50,829 nucleotides of DNA. Origin: Bacteroidales bacterium. GTDB lineage: Bacteria > Bacteroidota > Bacteroidia > Bacteroidales > JAGOPY01. The number at the start of each line of letters is the position of its first letter. Within the stretch, counting starts at the first letter, position 1. The notes below the pieces were generated by a model. It had not been told where the DNA came from and did no database searches. It saw nothing but the letters and a program-made list of their open reading frames with translations. Of the stretch, positions 9,551-19,803 are shown piece after piece. Position numbers and translations under genes: made by a program. The stretch spans positions 1 to 50,829 of the forward strand of contig JAHYJL010000003.1 in assembly GCA_019429045.1 (NCBI GenBank), written 5' to 3'.

Positions 9551-10390
9551 TTACTTCTTAGCAAATTTTATCAACTCTGAATTAAACTTGTCCGTTTCCT
9601 CCAGAAACATGCTGTGACCGCTTTTTTCAAAGATAACAAGGTGTGAATTTGAAATACCCAGCTTCATCTGTTCGGCTAAATCAAACGAACATATTTTATC
9701 TTTTTTCCCATGTATAATCAAGGTGGGAATTTTAATTTTCTTCATATCGGGCCTAAGGTCGGTATCGCGTAATGCGATTAAACATTGTGCCGTGGCATAA
9801 GAAGAAGCGCTCAAACAAATTCCATTTAACCAACTACCTATCCCTTCATTTAGTGAGGTTTCTGTCGCGGAGAATATCTTCGCGAAATCAGATAAAAGCT
9901 TTGGCCTGTCCTTATAATTCAATTCAATTAATTCATCAACTGCAGTTTTGGGGAGGTTGTATTTGAAATCGTTGCGTTGTGTCCAAATCGGGGCTGCTGC
10001 TCCACACAATACCAGCTTAGAAACATGAGCGCCATTATATTTAGACAAATATCGAATTGAAATGGATCCTCCCATTGAAAAGCCAACTAAAACAGCATCT
10101 TTTACATCAAGTTTGCTTAAAACATTTTTAATGTCATAGGCAAAAATATCATAATCATATACACCGTAAGGCTTATCCGATTTGCCAAAGCCTCGTAAAG
10201 TAATGCCAATTACGCGAAAATTATTAGTTATCAAATCGTTGTACTGGTATTCAAACATTTCATCGCTGAGCGGCCAGCCGTGAATCAGTACAATTGGTCT
10301 GCCTTCGCCACCATCTGAAATATGAAGGTTTACATTTGGCTCTACTTCAATATATTCTGCCCTGGTAGCTCCTGCATTAATTTTTTCCAT
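9551..10390 (-). CDS. alpha/beta hydrolase (non-heme haloperoxidase/arylesterase-like)
   Basis: LIHGWP, RGFGKS, nucleophile GFSMGG, IIHGKKD, SGH. Confidence 0.9.
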   Translation of the reverse strand: MEKINAGATRAEYIEVEPNVNLHISDGGEGRPIVLIHGWPLSDEMFEYQYNDLITNNFRVIGITLRGFGKSDKPYGVYDYDIFAYDIKNVLSKLDVKDAVLVGFSMGGSISIRYLSKYNGAHVSKLVLCGAAAPIWTQRNDFKYNLPKTAVDELIELNYKDRPKLLSDFAKIFSATETSLNEGIGSWLNGICLSASSYATAQCLIALRDTDLRPDMKKIKIPTLIIHGKKDKICSFDLAEQMKLGISNSHLVIFEKSGHSMFLEETDKFNSELIKFAKK

Positions 10391-10391
10391 T

Positions 10392-10706
10392 TTAATAATC
10401 TTTCAAACGCCCGGTTATTTTTTCCAAAGATGTTTTCAATTTGTTTATAGCGCCATCAATAGCCTGTTCATGGGTGTTTGCGTGGTTGGTAACTGCGATT
10501 GGTTTCATACCTGCAAGTCGGGCTTCCACTATACAGCGTTTATCGTTGAACCCGTCTTTATTGCCATCTTCATCCGAGAAATGAACTTCCACCCTTGTTA
10601 TCTGTTGACTGAACCTGCTTAGTTCTTCCGATATTAAAGAAGTTGACGAAGCTATAAGTTCTTCGCTCCCAGTTACATTTTTATCTGTATTAAATTGTAT
10701 TTGCAT
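10392..10706 (-). CDS. HPF/RaiA-family ribosome-associated protein
   Basis: MQIQFNTD...ITRVEVHFSDE...DKRCIVEARLAG family pattern. Confidence 0.85.
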   Translation of the reverse strand: MQIQFNTDKNVTGSEELIASSTSLISEELSRFSQQITRVEVHFSDEDGNKDGFNDKRCIVEARLAGMKPIAVTNHANTHEQAIDGAINKLKTSLEKITGRLKDY

Positions 10707-10720
10707 ATCTTTTCATTTTA

Positions 10721-11875
10721 TTAATAACGAAATATTGCTGCCAGCCCTGTTTCAGAAGGCATCTTACCGGTTGGAAGAACCATCACCTGCCCACCCATCT
10801 TCATTACCAATTCTCCCATATCGTCGAGCAGGTCATCTACTTTCGGATTTATCATATCTTTTTTCTGTGTATTACCCGTTACAAGATTTGTAATCCTGAC
10901 AGGAATTATCCGGTCGGCTTCAACAATAAGCGTATCAACCCGTCCCTCAACTGCCGCCACAGCAACTTCCTTGTAATCATCACTCCCTTTGCCATTTACC
11001 CTTGCCTGCTCAAAAATGGAAACCAGACTGTCAAGTTTCAAATTATATTCGGGTTCCATTATTTCCCAGGCCATATTTGCCAGTTTATCTGGTGAAACTG
11101 ATGAAGGGTCAATTGCAATACCATTGGTTAGCAATAATGGATTTTTATTTACCTTTTGAAAAAGGCTTTGGTGTTCGGACAAAGCGGCAAGAATAAGTGG
11201 CCAGCCTGAAGGTTTCGTATATTGTTCGTAAATCGCATTCGCTACGACACGAAAAAACCGTTCAGCGTCTATTTCAGTTTCTTCTTTTCTGCCACCATGA
11301 CCGTGGTGCGTGGACGAACTTTCTCCTCCGGAACCGCCATAAGATGCAACAGTTGTATGCTTGTCTGTCAATTCATCACCAAGCGCTTCAGTTATGGTTT
11401 TTGGAGTATCAGCAGTGAGTTCGACTTCAGTAAGTGAGTGACGGTTGCCTTCAAAAAGCCGGATATCATGAAGTGTTAAGCCCAAAACGTGGAAACGGTC
11501 AAGAGATTGCAAATATTGCCACAGCGGCTTGGTATGGAAACTGTCGGCCACTAATGCCAATTCCTCAAACGATTTATTTACACCGACAACTTTAAACAAA
11601 CCGGTTGCACTAAAAACGGCCAGACCGTCAATTGTGTGATTCCAGGTATTATTATCGTCAGCAAGAGTTTCGAAAGGTTCAAGATGTTTTTGTACCTCAC
11701 CGTCTGAATATTTTTGCAACAGTGATTCTTTCATTTGCCGGACAAGATTTTTAAAAAGAATTATATCCTGAAGCTTTTCAGGATGCGTTCGGTGCGTAGG
11801 CATATATATGGAAAGACAAGGCGCCTGATCTGCTGCCAGAAGCTCCTGAATTAATTTTTTTGTGAGTAATTCCAT
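10721..11875 (-). CDS. bacterial archaeo-eukaryotic release factor family protein (baeRF3-like)
   Basis: PCLSIYMPTHR, GLAVF, FHTKPL, HHGHGG loop, PLILAA, AAVEGRVDTL, DDLLDD...GG.V...GLAAIFRY. Confidence 0.8.
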   Translation of the reverse strand: MELLTKKLIQELLAADQAPCLSIYMPTHRTHPEKLQDIILFKNLVRQMKESLLQKYSDGEVQKHLEPFETLADDNNTWNHTIDGLAVFSATGLFKVVGVNKSFEELALVADSFHTKPLWQYLQSLDRFHVLGLTLHDIRLFEGNRHSLTEVELTADTPKTITEALGDELTDKHTTVASYGGSGGESSSTHHGHGGRKEETEIDAERFFRVVANAIYEQYTKPSGWPLILAALSEHQSLFQKVNKNPLLLTNGIAIDPSSVSPDKLANMAWEIMEPEYNLKLDSLVSIFEQARVNGKGSDDYKEVAVAAVEGRVDTLIVEADRIIPVRITNLVTGNTQKKDMINPKVDDLLDDMGELVMKMGGQVMVLPTGKMPSETGLAAIFRY

Positions 11876-12642
11876 TGTATGGCGAATGATTTAATAATTT
11901 ATCAGTATACAAAGGTGAGTTTAGTAATAACGGAAAGCATTATATGATTTCAGGAATAAGTTACATCATTCATACATTCTTCTTTCCACGCCTTGTTGCT
12001 AACTAATACACACCGTTGCCGCATGTCTTTAGTCGGTTGCTGGCTTTACTACTTTTCCGGCACTTCGCTGGTCTATATTCCTAAAACCTTTTATAAGAAG
12101 CCCGCACCAAATAACGGCTTCTGGCCTCTTCCGGATCATCGCCGGGCGCTATATATATTATCGTATTGCGATCAATGATAACTGCCTGTAACTTTGTCAC
12201 ATCAGGCGATTTAAAAACAGTTTCCTTTTTGTTATACATGCTTTTTCCCTTAAATTAAAAAAATGATTCGTCTCTGGCTTGAACCAGAAAAAACAAAGAC
12301 TGGAATTATTAGAAAATAACGGGAAACTCCGGTAAATTTTAATAAAAGCCAAATGTAATCAAAATCCGGGAAGAATACAAACTTTAGGAAATATTTATTC
12401 CCGAATGACGTAAATCAACTGCCTTCATTGGCATTGATAATGTAAGGATAAAACCGTATCGGGCCAGTACAAAACCGTATCTCCTCCCTGGGTGCGGTTC
12501 ATTACTTTGATGCTCTCGAGCTGGACATAAGCTGTATTTTCGGCAGCATTGAAGGTCAGCTCAAGGGTTGGTCGATTTACTGTATTTTTGGCTCCGAAAG
12601 CCGAAAAATATCATAGTTTACATAAGAAAACACTTAAAATTG

Positions 12643-14190
12643 ATGAAGAAGAATGTTGAAAAGCTGAAAGGATTTTCGTCCAGGATTTTTTTAAAATCGC
12701 TCGACTACATTGAAATCGTTGGAAACAAATTGCCCCACCCCGCGACGCTGTTTGCACTACTGGCAGTGCTGGTGGTATTGATTTCGTGGCTGACCGCCTA
12801 CTTCGGCTACCAGGCGGTGCATCCCGTGAGCGGGAAAGTTATTATGGTAAACAATCTTGTGAGCGGGGATGGCTTCCGTTGGATCTACACCCATATTATC
12901 ACCAATTTCGTATTATTTCCCCCTTTAGGTTATGTATTGGTCGTGATGGTCGGCATAGGCGTGGCGGAGGGGTCGGGCCTGTTCAACGTGATGATCAGGG
13001 CTTTGGTGCTGGGTGCGCCGCGAAGGCTGATCACCGCTGCTGTTGTAACGGCAGGCATCCTTTCGCATTTAGCTTCAGAAGCGGGCTACGTCTTGCTGAT
13101 CCCTTTGGGGGCCATGATCTTTCATGCCATGGGCAGGCACCCGATGGCAGGGTTGGCGGCAGCCTTCTGCGGGGTGAGCGGCGGGTTTGGCGCCAACTTC
13201 CTCATCGGCGCCATGGATCCCGTACTGGCGGGCCTTTCCACCTCCGCAGCCCAGATCCTGGATCCGGAGATGGTGGTCAACCCCGTTGTGAATTATTATT
13301 TTCTTTTTGTTTCGGGTTTCCTGGTGATTATTGTAGGGACATGGGTGACCAACACCATCGTGGAGCCCAGGCTAGGCAAATATACCGGAACGGCGGAAAA
13401 GATACCCGTCGACAATCTCAGCTCCATTGAGAAAAAAGGCCTTCGCCGGGCCGGCCTCGGAGTGCTCGTAGTGATCATTCTGCTTGCCCTGAGCATCATC
13501 CCGGAAAATGGGATACTGCGCGACCCTGAAACCGGTTCCGTCCTTCATTCCCCTTTCTTCGACGGGGTAATCATCGCCATTCTTATCTTCTTTTTTATCC
13601 CTGGCATCATTTACGGGTATGTCACAAAAACCGTTAAAAGTGATAAAGACGTGGTGAGTCACATCACCAAATCGATGGCGGGCATGGCGGGGTATATTGT
13701 GCTGGTATTTTTCGCTGCGCAGTTTGTTTACTTCTTCAGCTACAGCAACCTGGGGCTGGTGGTCGCCATCAACGGAGCCCACACCCTCAGCAATATCGGC
13801 CTGACCGGAATCCCGCTTATTGTTGCTTTTGTTATCATGTCGGCCATGATCAACATGTTCATGGGCAGCGCATCGGCCAAATGGGCCATCATGGCCCCGG
13901 TATTCGTCCCCATGCTGATGCTGCTCGGTTACCACCCCGGGCTTACGCAGGCCGCTTTCCGCATCGGTGATTCGGTGACCAACCTGATTACCCCGATGAT
14001 GAGCTACTTCGCCCTGATCGTCACATTTGCCCAAAAATATGACCAGCGATATGGTATTGGCACCATTATTTCATCCATGATGCCTTATACCATCTTCCTG
14101 ACCATCTTCTGGACCCTGCTGCTGGTAGGATGGATGCTGCTGGGCCTGCCGCTCGGGCCGGACGGGCCGTTGCTGTACCAGGCGCCTTGA
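12643..14190 (+). CDS. abgT: AbgT-family (p-aminobenzoyl-glutamate) transporter
   Basis: GNKLPHPATLF, GRHPMAGLAAAFCGVSGGF, GSASAKW, RIGDSVTNLITP, GLPLGP. Start placed at ATG 12643; TATTTTTG -7 element at 12583. Confidence 0.92.
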   Translation: MKKNVEKLKGFSSRIFLKSLDYIEIVGNKLPHPATLFALLAVLVVLISWLTAYFGYQAVHPVSGKVIMVNNLVSGDGFRWIYTHIITNFVLFPPLGYVLVVMVGIGVAEGSGLFNVMIRALVLGAPRRLITAAVVTAGILSHLASEAGYVLLIPLGAMIFHAMGRHPMAGLAAAFCGVSGGFGANFLIGAMDPVLAGLSTSAAQILDPEMVVNPVVNYYFLFVSGFLVIIVGTWVTNTIVEPRLGKYTGTAEKIPVDNLSSIEKKGLRRAGLGVLVVIILLALSIIPENGILRDPETGSVLHSPFFDGVIIAILIFFFIPGIIYGYVTKTVKSDKDVVSHITKSMAGMAGYIVLVFFAAQFVYFFSYSNLGLVVAINGAHTLSNIGLTGIPLIVAFVIMSAMINMFMGSASAKWAIMAPVFVPMLMLLGYHPGLTQAAFRIGDSVTNLITPMMSYFALIVTFAQKYDQRYGIGTIISSMMPYTIFLTIFWTLLLVGWMLLGLPLGPDGPLLYQAP

Positions 14191-14194
14191 GATC

Positions 14195-14243
14195 AGTCGT
14201 TAGTCGTTAGTCGTTACTCAGCAAACTGCTAACGGCTAATGGC
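14195..14243. repeat. short inverted heptamer arrays (AGTCGTT x3 / GCTAACG-like), terminator-like
   Basis: Directly after the abgT stop codon; the two arrays are approximately reverse complements. Confidence 0.6.
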
Positions 14244-14321
14244 ATCCATGGCTGAAAATGATTTTTTTAATTATTTGCGTTAAAAAAGTGCAAATTCTTG
14301 CATTGCAGGTAATTTAATTAT

Positions 14322-14329
14322 TATTTTTG
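14322..14329 (+). promoter_or_regulatory. probable -7 promoter element of the T6SS operon
   Basis: TATTTTTG (TAnnTTTG) about 85 bp upstream of the tssH ATG. Confidence 0.5.
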
Positions 14330-14413
14330 CTAGGCAGGCCAATTAATTATCATATCATCACTGTCGATGATCACTTGATCTTGTGGCAGTTAATGAAATT
14401 AATACTCATTCAC

Positions 14414-16897
14414 ATGGAAGCCGCTAACCAATTTGATCTGACCGACGAGCTAAAAAATGCCATTCATATTGCACAGGCACTGGCCCGTGAAAATGCCCAG
14501 GAAACATTTTCGCCCGGTCACCTGCTCAAAGCCATACTGCATAAGGATGTGGGCCTGATTCCATTACTTGATTCGCTCGGGAAAGATTATTTTTTCATGG
14601 AAGAATGGGCCGATGTGAGAATTGAAAGCTATCCCAAGACTTCAAAGATACCCGAAAACCCCGTTGCAGATGACAAGGTAGTGGCAGTTCTGATGGAGGC
14701 CGATAATATCCGTTTAAAACTATCCAAAGATAAGGCTGATCCGGTTTGCGTATTGATCTCACTGGCCACTGCCGGAGTAGGTTTCACTTTTGAACAGCTA
14801 AAAACCTTCCCATTAAATCCCAATGAGGTGCTGACCGCGGTGATCGAAAAGCTGGACCTCCAGGCAACATTGGGTCAGGCAGATAAGAGAGCAGCAGGGG
14901 ATAAGAAAGATGCTTCGTCCAACGCATTGCTTAAATATTGCATTGATAAGACAGCCGCAGCCCGACAAGGGAAACTCGACCCGGTGATCGGTCGTGACCG
15001 GGAGATCCGGATGATCGCGGAAATCCTGGGCCGGCGATCCAAACCAAATGTCATTATCATCGGTGAACCGGGCGTCGGCAAAACAGCCGTGGTAAACGGT
15101 TTTATACAAGAGGTGGCAAACAACAATTCCGGGAACGTTGCCGGCAGCCAGATCTTTGAACTGGACATGGGCGAACTGATCGCGGGGGCCGCTTATAAAG
15201 GCGAAGTGGAAGACCGCCTTAAAAAGATCATCCGGGAGATCAAGCAATTTGACAAAGCCATCCTGTTCATCGATGAAATCCATGGCCTGATTGACCGTCA
15301 TGGCGGCGCCTCCGGTGCAGCCAACCTGCTCAAACCGGAGCTGGCCAAAGGCGAACTGACCATTATTGGCACCACTTCGTTTGATAATTACAGCAAACAT
15401 ATTGAATCGGATGACGCCTTCAACCGCAGCTTTGAAACCATCAAGCTGGAAGAACCTGACGTGGAAATGACAGCCAGGATGCTGGCCGGCATTATGCCCC
15501 ACTACGAACAGCATCATAATCTGCGGGTCGATCCCGAAGTGATCAAAGAATCCATCCGCCTTTCAAAACGGTATAATAAGGAAAGAAAACTCCCTGATGC
15601 GGCCGTCGACTTGCTTGACCGGACCATGGCCGTTGTCAGGATGACCGGAGAATCTTCCCAGGCCGATATTCAGGAATTGAAAGAGAAATTTGCAGCGCTT
15701 GCAGCCAACAGGGAAAAACTCGAAGAAGTTTCGCTGGTAAAGGAATTACAATGGTTTTACCATTTCATGCGCCATAAATTGAGCCATATCCTGTTCGCCC
15801 AACTGGACGATGAAACAGATGTGATGAAAATGGATTCATCAAAGGAACTCATCAAGCATCTGAAAAACCTGATGGTCAGGCTGGAAGAACTGGCCAAACA
15901 TAAACACGATGCCATTGAGAAGGCTGATGTGGCAGCGGTTATTTCATTCAAAACTGGCATCCCCATCGGCAAGCTACAGACACAGGAGCGGGAAAGGCTG
16001 ATGCACACGGAAGAGCATCTGAAACTAAGGGTGGTCGGGCAGGATCACGCGATCCGCAATATTGCCGAAGCCATTCTTGAATCGCGTTCGGGGCTGAACA
16101 AGCCCGGCCAGCCCATCGGGTCCTTCTTCTTTCTCGGGCCAACGGGCACCGGAAAGACGGAGCTGGCTAAAACCCTGGCTGAATTCCTTTTCCAGGATGA
16201 ATCGGCATTGCTCCGGTTCGATATGTCTGAATTTAAAGAAGAGCACTCTGCCGCCTTGCTTTATGGGGCCCCTCCGGGTTATGTGGGTTACGAAGAAGGC
16301 GGGCTGCTGGTCAACAAAATCAGACAAAAACCCTATGCCGTGGTACTCTTCGACGAGATTGAAAAAGCACACCCATCGGTATTCGATATTTTCCTGCAAA
16401 TCCTGGATGAAGGCAAACTGAGCGACCGGCTCGGGAAAGAGGGCGATTTCTCCAACGCAGTCATTCTGTTCACATCCAACATCGGCAGCGATTTTATAGT
16501 GGAATCCTTTGCGAAAAATATAATCCCCAAATCCACCGAATTGCTGGACATCATGACCCGTTATTTCAGACCTGAATTTTTAGGGAGGCTGACAGAGATC
16601 ATACCCTTCTCCCCGATCACGGAAAAGATGGTCCTGAAGATATTTGAAATTCACCTGAAAGGACTTACAAAGTTACTCGATGTGCAGGGAATACGCCTTG
16701 AAATTACTGATGAGGCCAAACAGAAACTGGCCATGATGGGATTTACACCGAAATACGGTGCAAGGCCCATTGTGGGTGTGATCAGGAACCAGCTTCGAAG
16801 GCCGCTGTCAAAAATGATCATTTCAGGCAAGATCAGCAAAGGAACCCTGGTGAAACTGATTTCAGATGACAAAGGAGAATTGAAATGGGAACCATAA
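14414..16897 (+). CDS. tssH: T6SS ClpV/TssH AAA+ ATPase (subtype iii)
   Basis: Two AAA modules (GEPGVGKT/LFIDEIH; GPTGTGKT/LFDEIEKAH), GAPPGYVGY pore loop; first gene before tssB and tssC. Confidence 0.92.
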   Translation: MEAANQFDLTDELKNAIHIAQALARENAQETFSPGHLLKAILHKDVGLIPLLDSLGKDYFFMEEWADVRIESYPKTSKIPENPVADDKVVAVLMEADNIRLKLSKDKADPVCVLISLATAGVGFTFEQLKTFPLNPNEVLTAVIEKLDLQATLGQADKRAAGDKKDASSNALLKYCIDKTAAARQGKLDPVIGRDREIRMIAEILGRRSKPNVIIIGEPGVGKTAVVNGFIQEVANNNSGNVAGSQIFELDMGELIAGAAYKGEVEDRLKKIIREIKQFDKAILFIDEIHGLIDRHGGASGAANLLKPELAKGELTIIGTTSFDNYSKHIESDDAFNRSFETIKLEEPDVEMTARMLAGIMPHYEQHHNLRVDPEVIKESIRLSKRYNKERKLPDAAVDLLDRTMAVVRMTGESSQADIQELKEKFAALAANREKLEEVSLVKELQWFYHFMRHKLSHILFAQLDDETDVMKMDSSKELIKHLKNLMVRLEELAKHKHDAIEKADVAAVISFKTGIPIGKLQTQERERLMHTEEHLKLRVVGQDHAIRNIAEAILESRSGLNKPGQPIGSFFFLGPTGTGKTELAKTLAEFLFQDESALLRFDMSEFKEEHSAALLYGAPPGYVGYEEGGLLVNKIRQKPYAVVLFDEIEKAHPSVFDIFLQILDEGKLSDRLGKEGDFSNAVILFTSNIGSDFIVESFAKNIIPKSTELLDIMTRYFRPEFLGRLTEIIPFSPITEKMVLKIFEIHLKGLTKLLDVQGIRLEITDEAKQKLAMMGFTPKYGARPIVGVIRNQLRRPLSKMIISGKISKGTLVKLISDDKGELKWEP

Positions 16898-16929
16898 AAA
16901 TTATATATAACCTTTAAAACTATCACATT

Positions 16930-17376
16930 ATGGCAAAAAAGACTGTTATTACACAAGTCCAGGATGTTGAAGTCAATGAATCAGTCATTGAATTTCCTCA
17001 AAACCGTACTTTTCTGACCGAGCAGTTGACTTACGATGAGCCTTCAAAACCGGAAATTGTAAGGAATCTCAAATCGGAAGATGATGTTTTTGAGCATTAC
17101 AAACCAAAGGTGGATGTGGAATTTCAAAACAGCGAAGGGGCGAGTAAAAAAGAGACCCTTTCATTCAAAACCCTGGCTGATTTCGGTGTAAAGGGACTTA
17201 CTGCACAGAGCGCTTTTCTTCAGGAACTGGATATCCAGAAAGAAGAATACCAGAAGATCATCAAGCAAATGAAAAGCAACAAGCAGCTCAGACAGGCTAT
17301 TTCAGACCTGGAAACCAAGCAAGCCTTGCTGAACACGATCCTGGCCCTGCTGAAGGAACTTGAAGCATCCAAGTAG
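16930..17376 (+). CDS. tssB: T6SSiii contractile sheath small subunit
   Basis: PQNRT...EQLT...KPEIV...VFEHYKPKVDVEF pattern of Bacteroidota TssB; position between tssH and tssC. Confidence 0.85.
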   Translation: MAKKTVITQVQDVEVNESVIEFPQNRTFLTEQLTYDEPSKPEIVRNLKSEDDVFEHYKPKVDVEFQNSEGASKKETLSFKTLADFGVKGLTAQSAFLQELDIQKEEYQKIIKQMKSNKQLRQAISDLETKQALLNTILALLKELEASK

Positions 17377-17419
17377 TTTTTAAAAATTAAAGAAAATCAT
17401 CACTAAAAACATTATCGCC

Positions 17420-18805
17420 ATGGCAGATCCGATGAAAGAACATAAGCCTGAAAATTTTAAAGAAAAAATGAAAGAGGAGCTGGGTAAAATAGCCGAACCA
17501 GTCAAACATCTTGAAGAAAGCCTGAAACACCTGGAGAAATACGGTGGGTTCGACCTGATCGAAGGAACGATTGACGGCACCCAGAAACTCAATCCGGAAA
17601 AAAAGGCCACCAAGCAAATATTCCTTTCCGAGACACAGTTCAAAGCCCAGCGGGAGCGGCTGAAAAAAACCCTTGAACTTTGGGCAAGCCTGCTCTCCAA
17701 AGAAGCTTCTGTAGCAGAATATGTGGAAGAATGTGAAAAAGGAGCAGAAATTGCTGATAAAACCCTCAAGGAAAACCTGAAAAAAGCGCTCGAGCAGACC
17801 AAGAACCTGGAACGCTCCTACCGTTCGGTAGCGCTTTTCTTTAAAAATACTGAAAACGATAAGGTAAAGTATGTTGCCATCATGAATGCATCACCCGACC
17901 AACTGAAAGACCTTGACAACTCGAGGTTTATCGATGCAGTGGCAGCAGAATTGAGCCGTAACTACGACCGTCTCTCGCTGAAGAATAATTACAGCCTCGT
18001 GGTTGTCCCGGGTTACCTGGGATCCAAAGCCGTATTAAATAAATGGGGAAAGGCTGCCCATAAAAATAAAGTCCTTATGGTCACTGATTTCAGAAACCTG
18101 GAGGATGTGGAAAGCACCATGGAACTGTTCCAGGAAGAGAGCCTGAATGGTGGGGACGCCCACCTGGCCAATGTCATCATGGCCTGTAACTGGCTTGTTG
18201 GCAGGGGAAAATATGCAGAGGTAGGTGAAGATGAAGATCTTTATGTACCACCTTCCAGTGCATTGGCAGGAAAACTATACAATACTGAGGGGATTCCCAT
18301 CGCACAAGGCGCCGCGGGAAAGAAATTCGGGACATTGAACGAAGTCAGCGGTGCGCGTTATGACCTTAAAAAGTCGGAAATCGCCGCCCTGAACGACCTG
18401 AACCTGATCCCGATGGTCTTTGAAGACAACCGCGTGATGGCTTTCTCCAATAAAACACTGTTCAACGGGAACAATATCGGCTTGCAGGAATACCCGATCG
18501 TCAGGGTGTTCGACTGGGTCGGAAAGGTCTTTATGAACTTCTTCAACGATGTGGCTTTTCAAAAGTTCAACAAATCACTCAGAGACGACATCTGGCAGCA
18601 GATTGTCGATTTTCTGAACGATTACAAGGGGAAACTTTTCGAAGACTATACCTTTGACCGGGATGGCATCCGTCAGGACCCCGTTACCAAGGATATAACG
18701 ATCCAAGTAAATATCAAGCCTTTCTTTGCCGCCAAGAATTTCTACATCAAACTGGAAGGCCACGATGGCCGGGAAGGCAGGGAATGGAACCAGGAAGTAG
18801 ATTGA
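17420..18805 (+). CDS. tssC: T6SSiii contractile sheath large subunit (DUF5458)
   Basis: YGGFD, LERSYRSVALFF, NYDRL...NNYSLVVVPGYLGS, CNWLVGR, PPSSALAG, VRVFDW, PFFAAKNF. Confidence 0.9.
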   Translation: MADPMKEHKPENFKEKMKEELGKIAEPVKHLEESLKHLEKYGGFDLIEGTIDGTQKLNPEKKATKQIFLSETQFKAQRERLKKTLELWASLLSKEASVAEYVEECEKGAEIADKTLKENLKKALEQTKNLERSYRSVALFFKNTENDKVKYVAIMNASPDQLKDLDNSRFIDAVAAELSRNYDRLSLKNNYSLVVVPGYLGSKAVLNKWGKAAHKNKVLMVTDFRNLEDVESTMELFQEESLNGGDAHLANVIMACNWLVGRGKYAEVGEDEDLYVPPSSALAGKLYNTEGIPIAQGAAGKKFGTLNEVSGARYDLKKSEIAALNDLNLIPMVFEDNRVMAFSNKTLFNGNNIGLQEYPIVRVFDWVGKVFMNFFNDVAFQKFNKSLRDDIWQQIVDFLNDYKGKLFEDYTFDRDGIRQDPVTKDITIQVNIKPFFAAKNFYIKLEGHDGREGREWNQEVD

Positions 18806-18861
18806 TCTGTTCTTTTTAAATCATTTATTCACCTATTTATTAATCCTTAATCTTTAAAATT

Positions 18862-19254
18862 ATGTCAGTTTACATCAAAATCGACGGGTTAGCAGACCGT
18901 GAGGTAGTGACCCTGCATTATGACCTGCATCAGGAAACTGATGTGGAAGGAAGGCCATCGGCCATTACACGTGGTGGCAATATCAGTGTAACTACCAAAT
19001 CGCTGAACGATGGCAACTCAGACTTGTTTGAATGGGCCTGTGATCCTTACAGTGCCAAAAAAGGCAAGATTGAATTTGAGAAACGGGATGGCACCAATAT
19101 GAAAACCCTCGAGTTCGAGGATGCATATATGATAAGCTATTCCGAGACTTACAATGCATTGGATGCAAATTCCCAGATGGAAAATTTCATTATTTCGGCC
19201 AAAAAGGTATCCATAGGTGGTGTATTCCATGAAAATCCATGGGCAGAAAAGTAA
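18862..19254 (+). CDS. tssD: T6SS tube protein Hcp/TssD (copy 1)
   Basis: QETDVEGRPS...RGGNI, LFEW, KGKIEF, LEFEDAY..SYSE, ISAKK...H.NPW. Confidence 0.88.
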   Translation: MSVYIKIDGLADREVVTLHYDLHQETDVEGRPSAITRGGNISVTTKSLNDGNSDLFEWACDPYSAKKGKIEFEKRDGTNMKTLEFEDAYMISYSETYNALDANSQMENFIISAKKVSIGGVFHENPWAEK

Positions 19255-19323
19255 TCCCGCTTCCCTTTACGGGATAATGAAGGACTTATCTGTATTATAC
19301 AAGTTAATTAAATTAATTGTTGT

Positions 19324-19731
19324 ATGGTTTTCACCGGGGCTAAATTAGTCGAAGCGAAACTGATTCTGGCAGGTTCTGATCAGCCTATTAAGATATTTTC
19401 GTTTGATTACGGATTTACGCAATACACTGACGAAACCGGCAAGCCAACCGGTTACCCGACCGGGGGTACGATCAATTTTATGATTGAATCCACCCCTGAA
19501 ACGGTACTGATTGACTGGATGCTGGATGCTAAAGCGCTTAAAAACGGTAAGATTGAGATCGGAAATAAAGACAAAGTGATTGAATTTAAGAACGCTGCCT
19601 GCATCCAGTATCATGAATCGTTCAACCATATGGGCGGAGCGCAGCCCATGACGACCAGTTTTACCATTTCGGCAGAAGAAATCAAGGTTGGCGGCGCCCC
19701 TCCGTTTCAGCAAAAAAGGAAAACAGTCTGA
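19324..19731 (+). CDS. tssD: T6SS tube protein Hcp/TssD (copy 2, divergent)
   Basis: QYTDETGKP...GGTINF, DWM, KNGKI, IEFKNAACIQYHESF, FTISAEEI. Confidence 0.85.
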   Translation: MVFTGAKLVEAKLILAGSDQPIKIFSFDYGFTQYTDETGKPTGYPTGGTINFMIESTPETVLIDWMLDAKALKNGKIEIGNKDKVIEFKNAACIQYHESFNHMGGAQPMTTSFTISAEEIKVGGAPPFQQKRKTV

Positions 19732-19803
19732 TCCTGTTTTCTGTCCTTTTGCTAAGAGTCGATCCGCCAACCCATTTGAACACCGAATATAATATTATAA
19801 GGT

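Noticed and set aside
11990-12180. 61-aa ORF and a possible attC-like site (TGCTAAC)
   Set aside because: No credible protein features, and I could not find a matching core site or a convincing attC hairpin.
14414-16897. Housekeeping ClpB/ClpC
   Set aside because: Its position heading tssB-tssC-hcp-vgrG fits T6SS TssH better.
17380-17802. Long antisense ORFs (also 4750-5547, 13372-14034, 14813-15517, 36061-36681, 49465-50802)
   Set aside because: They lie opposite well-supported genes (kinase, abgT, tssH, tssC, tssF, mutS) and have no motifs of their own.
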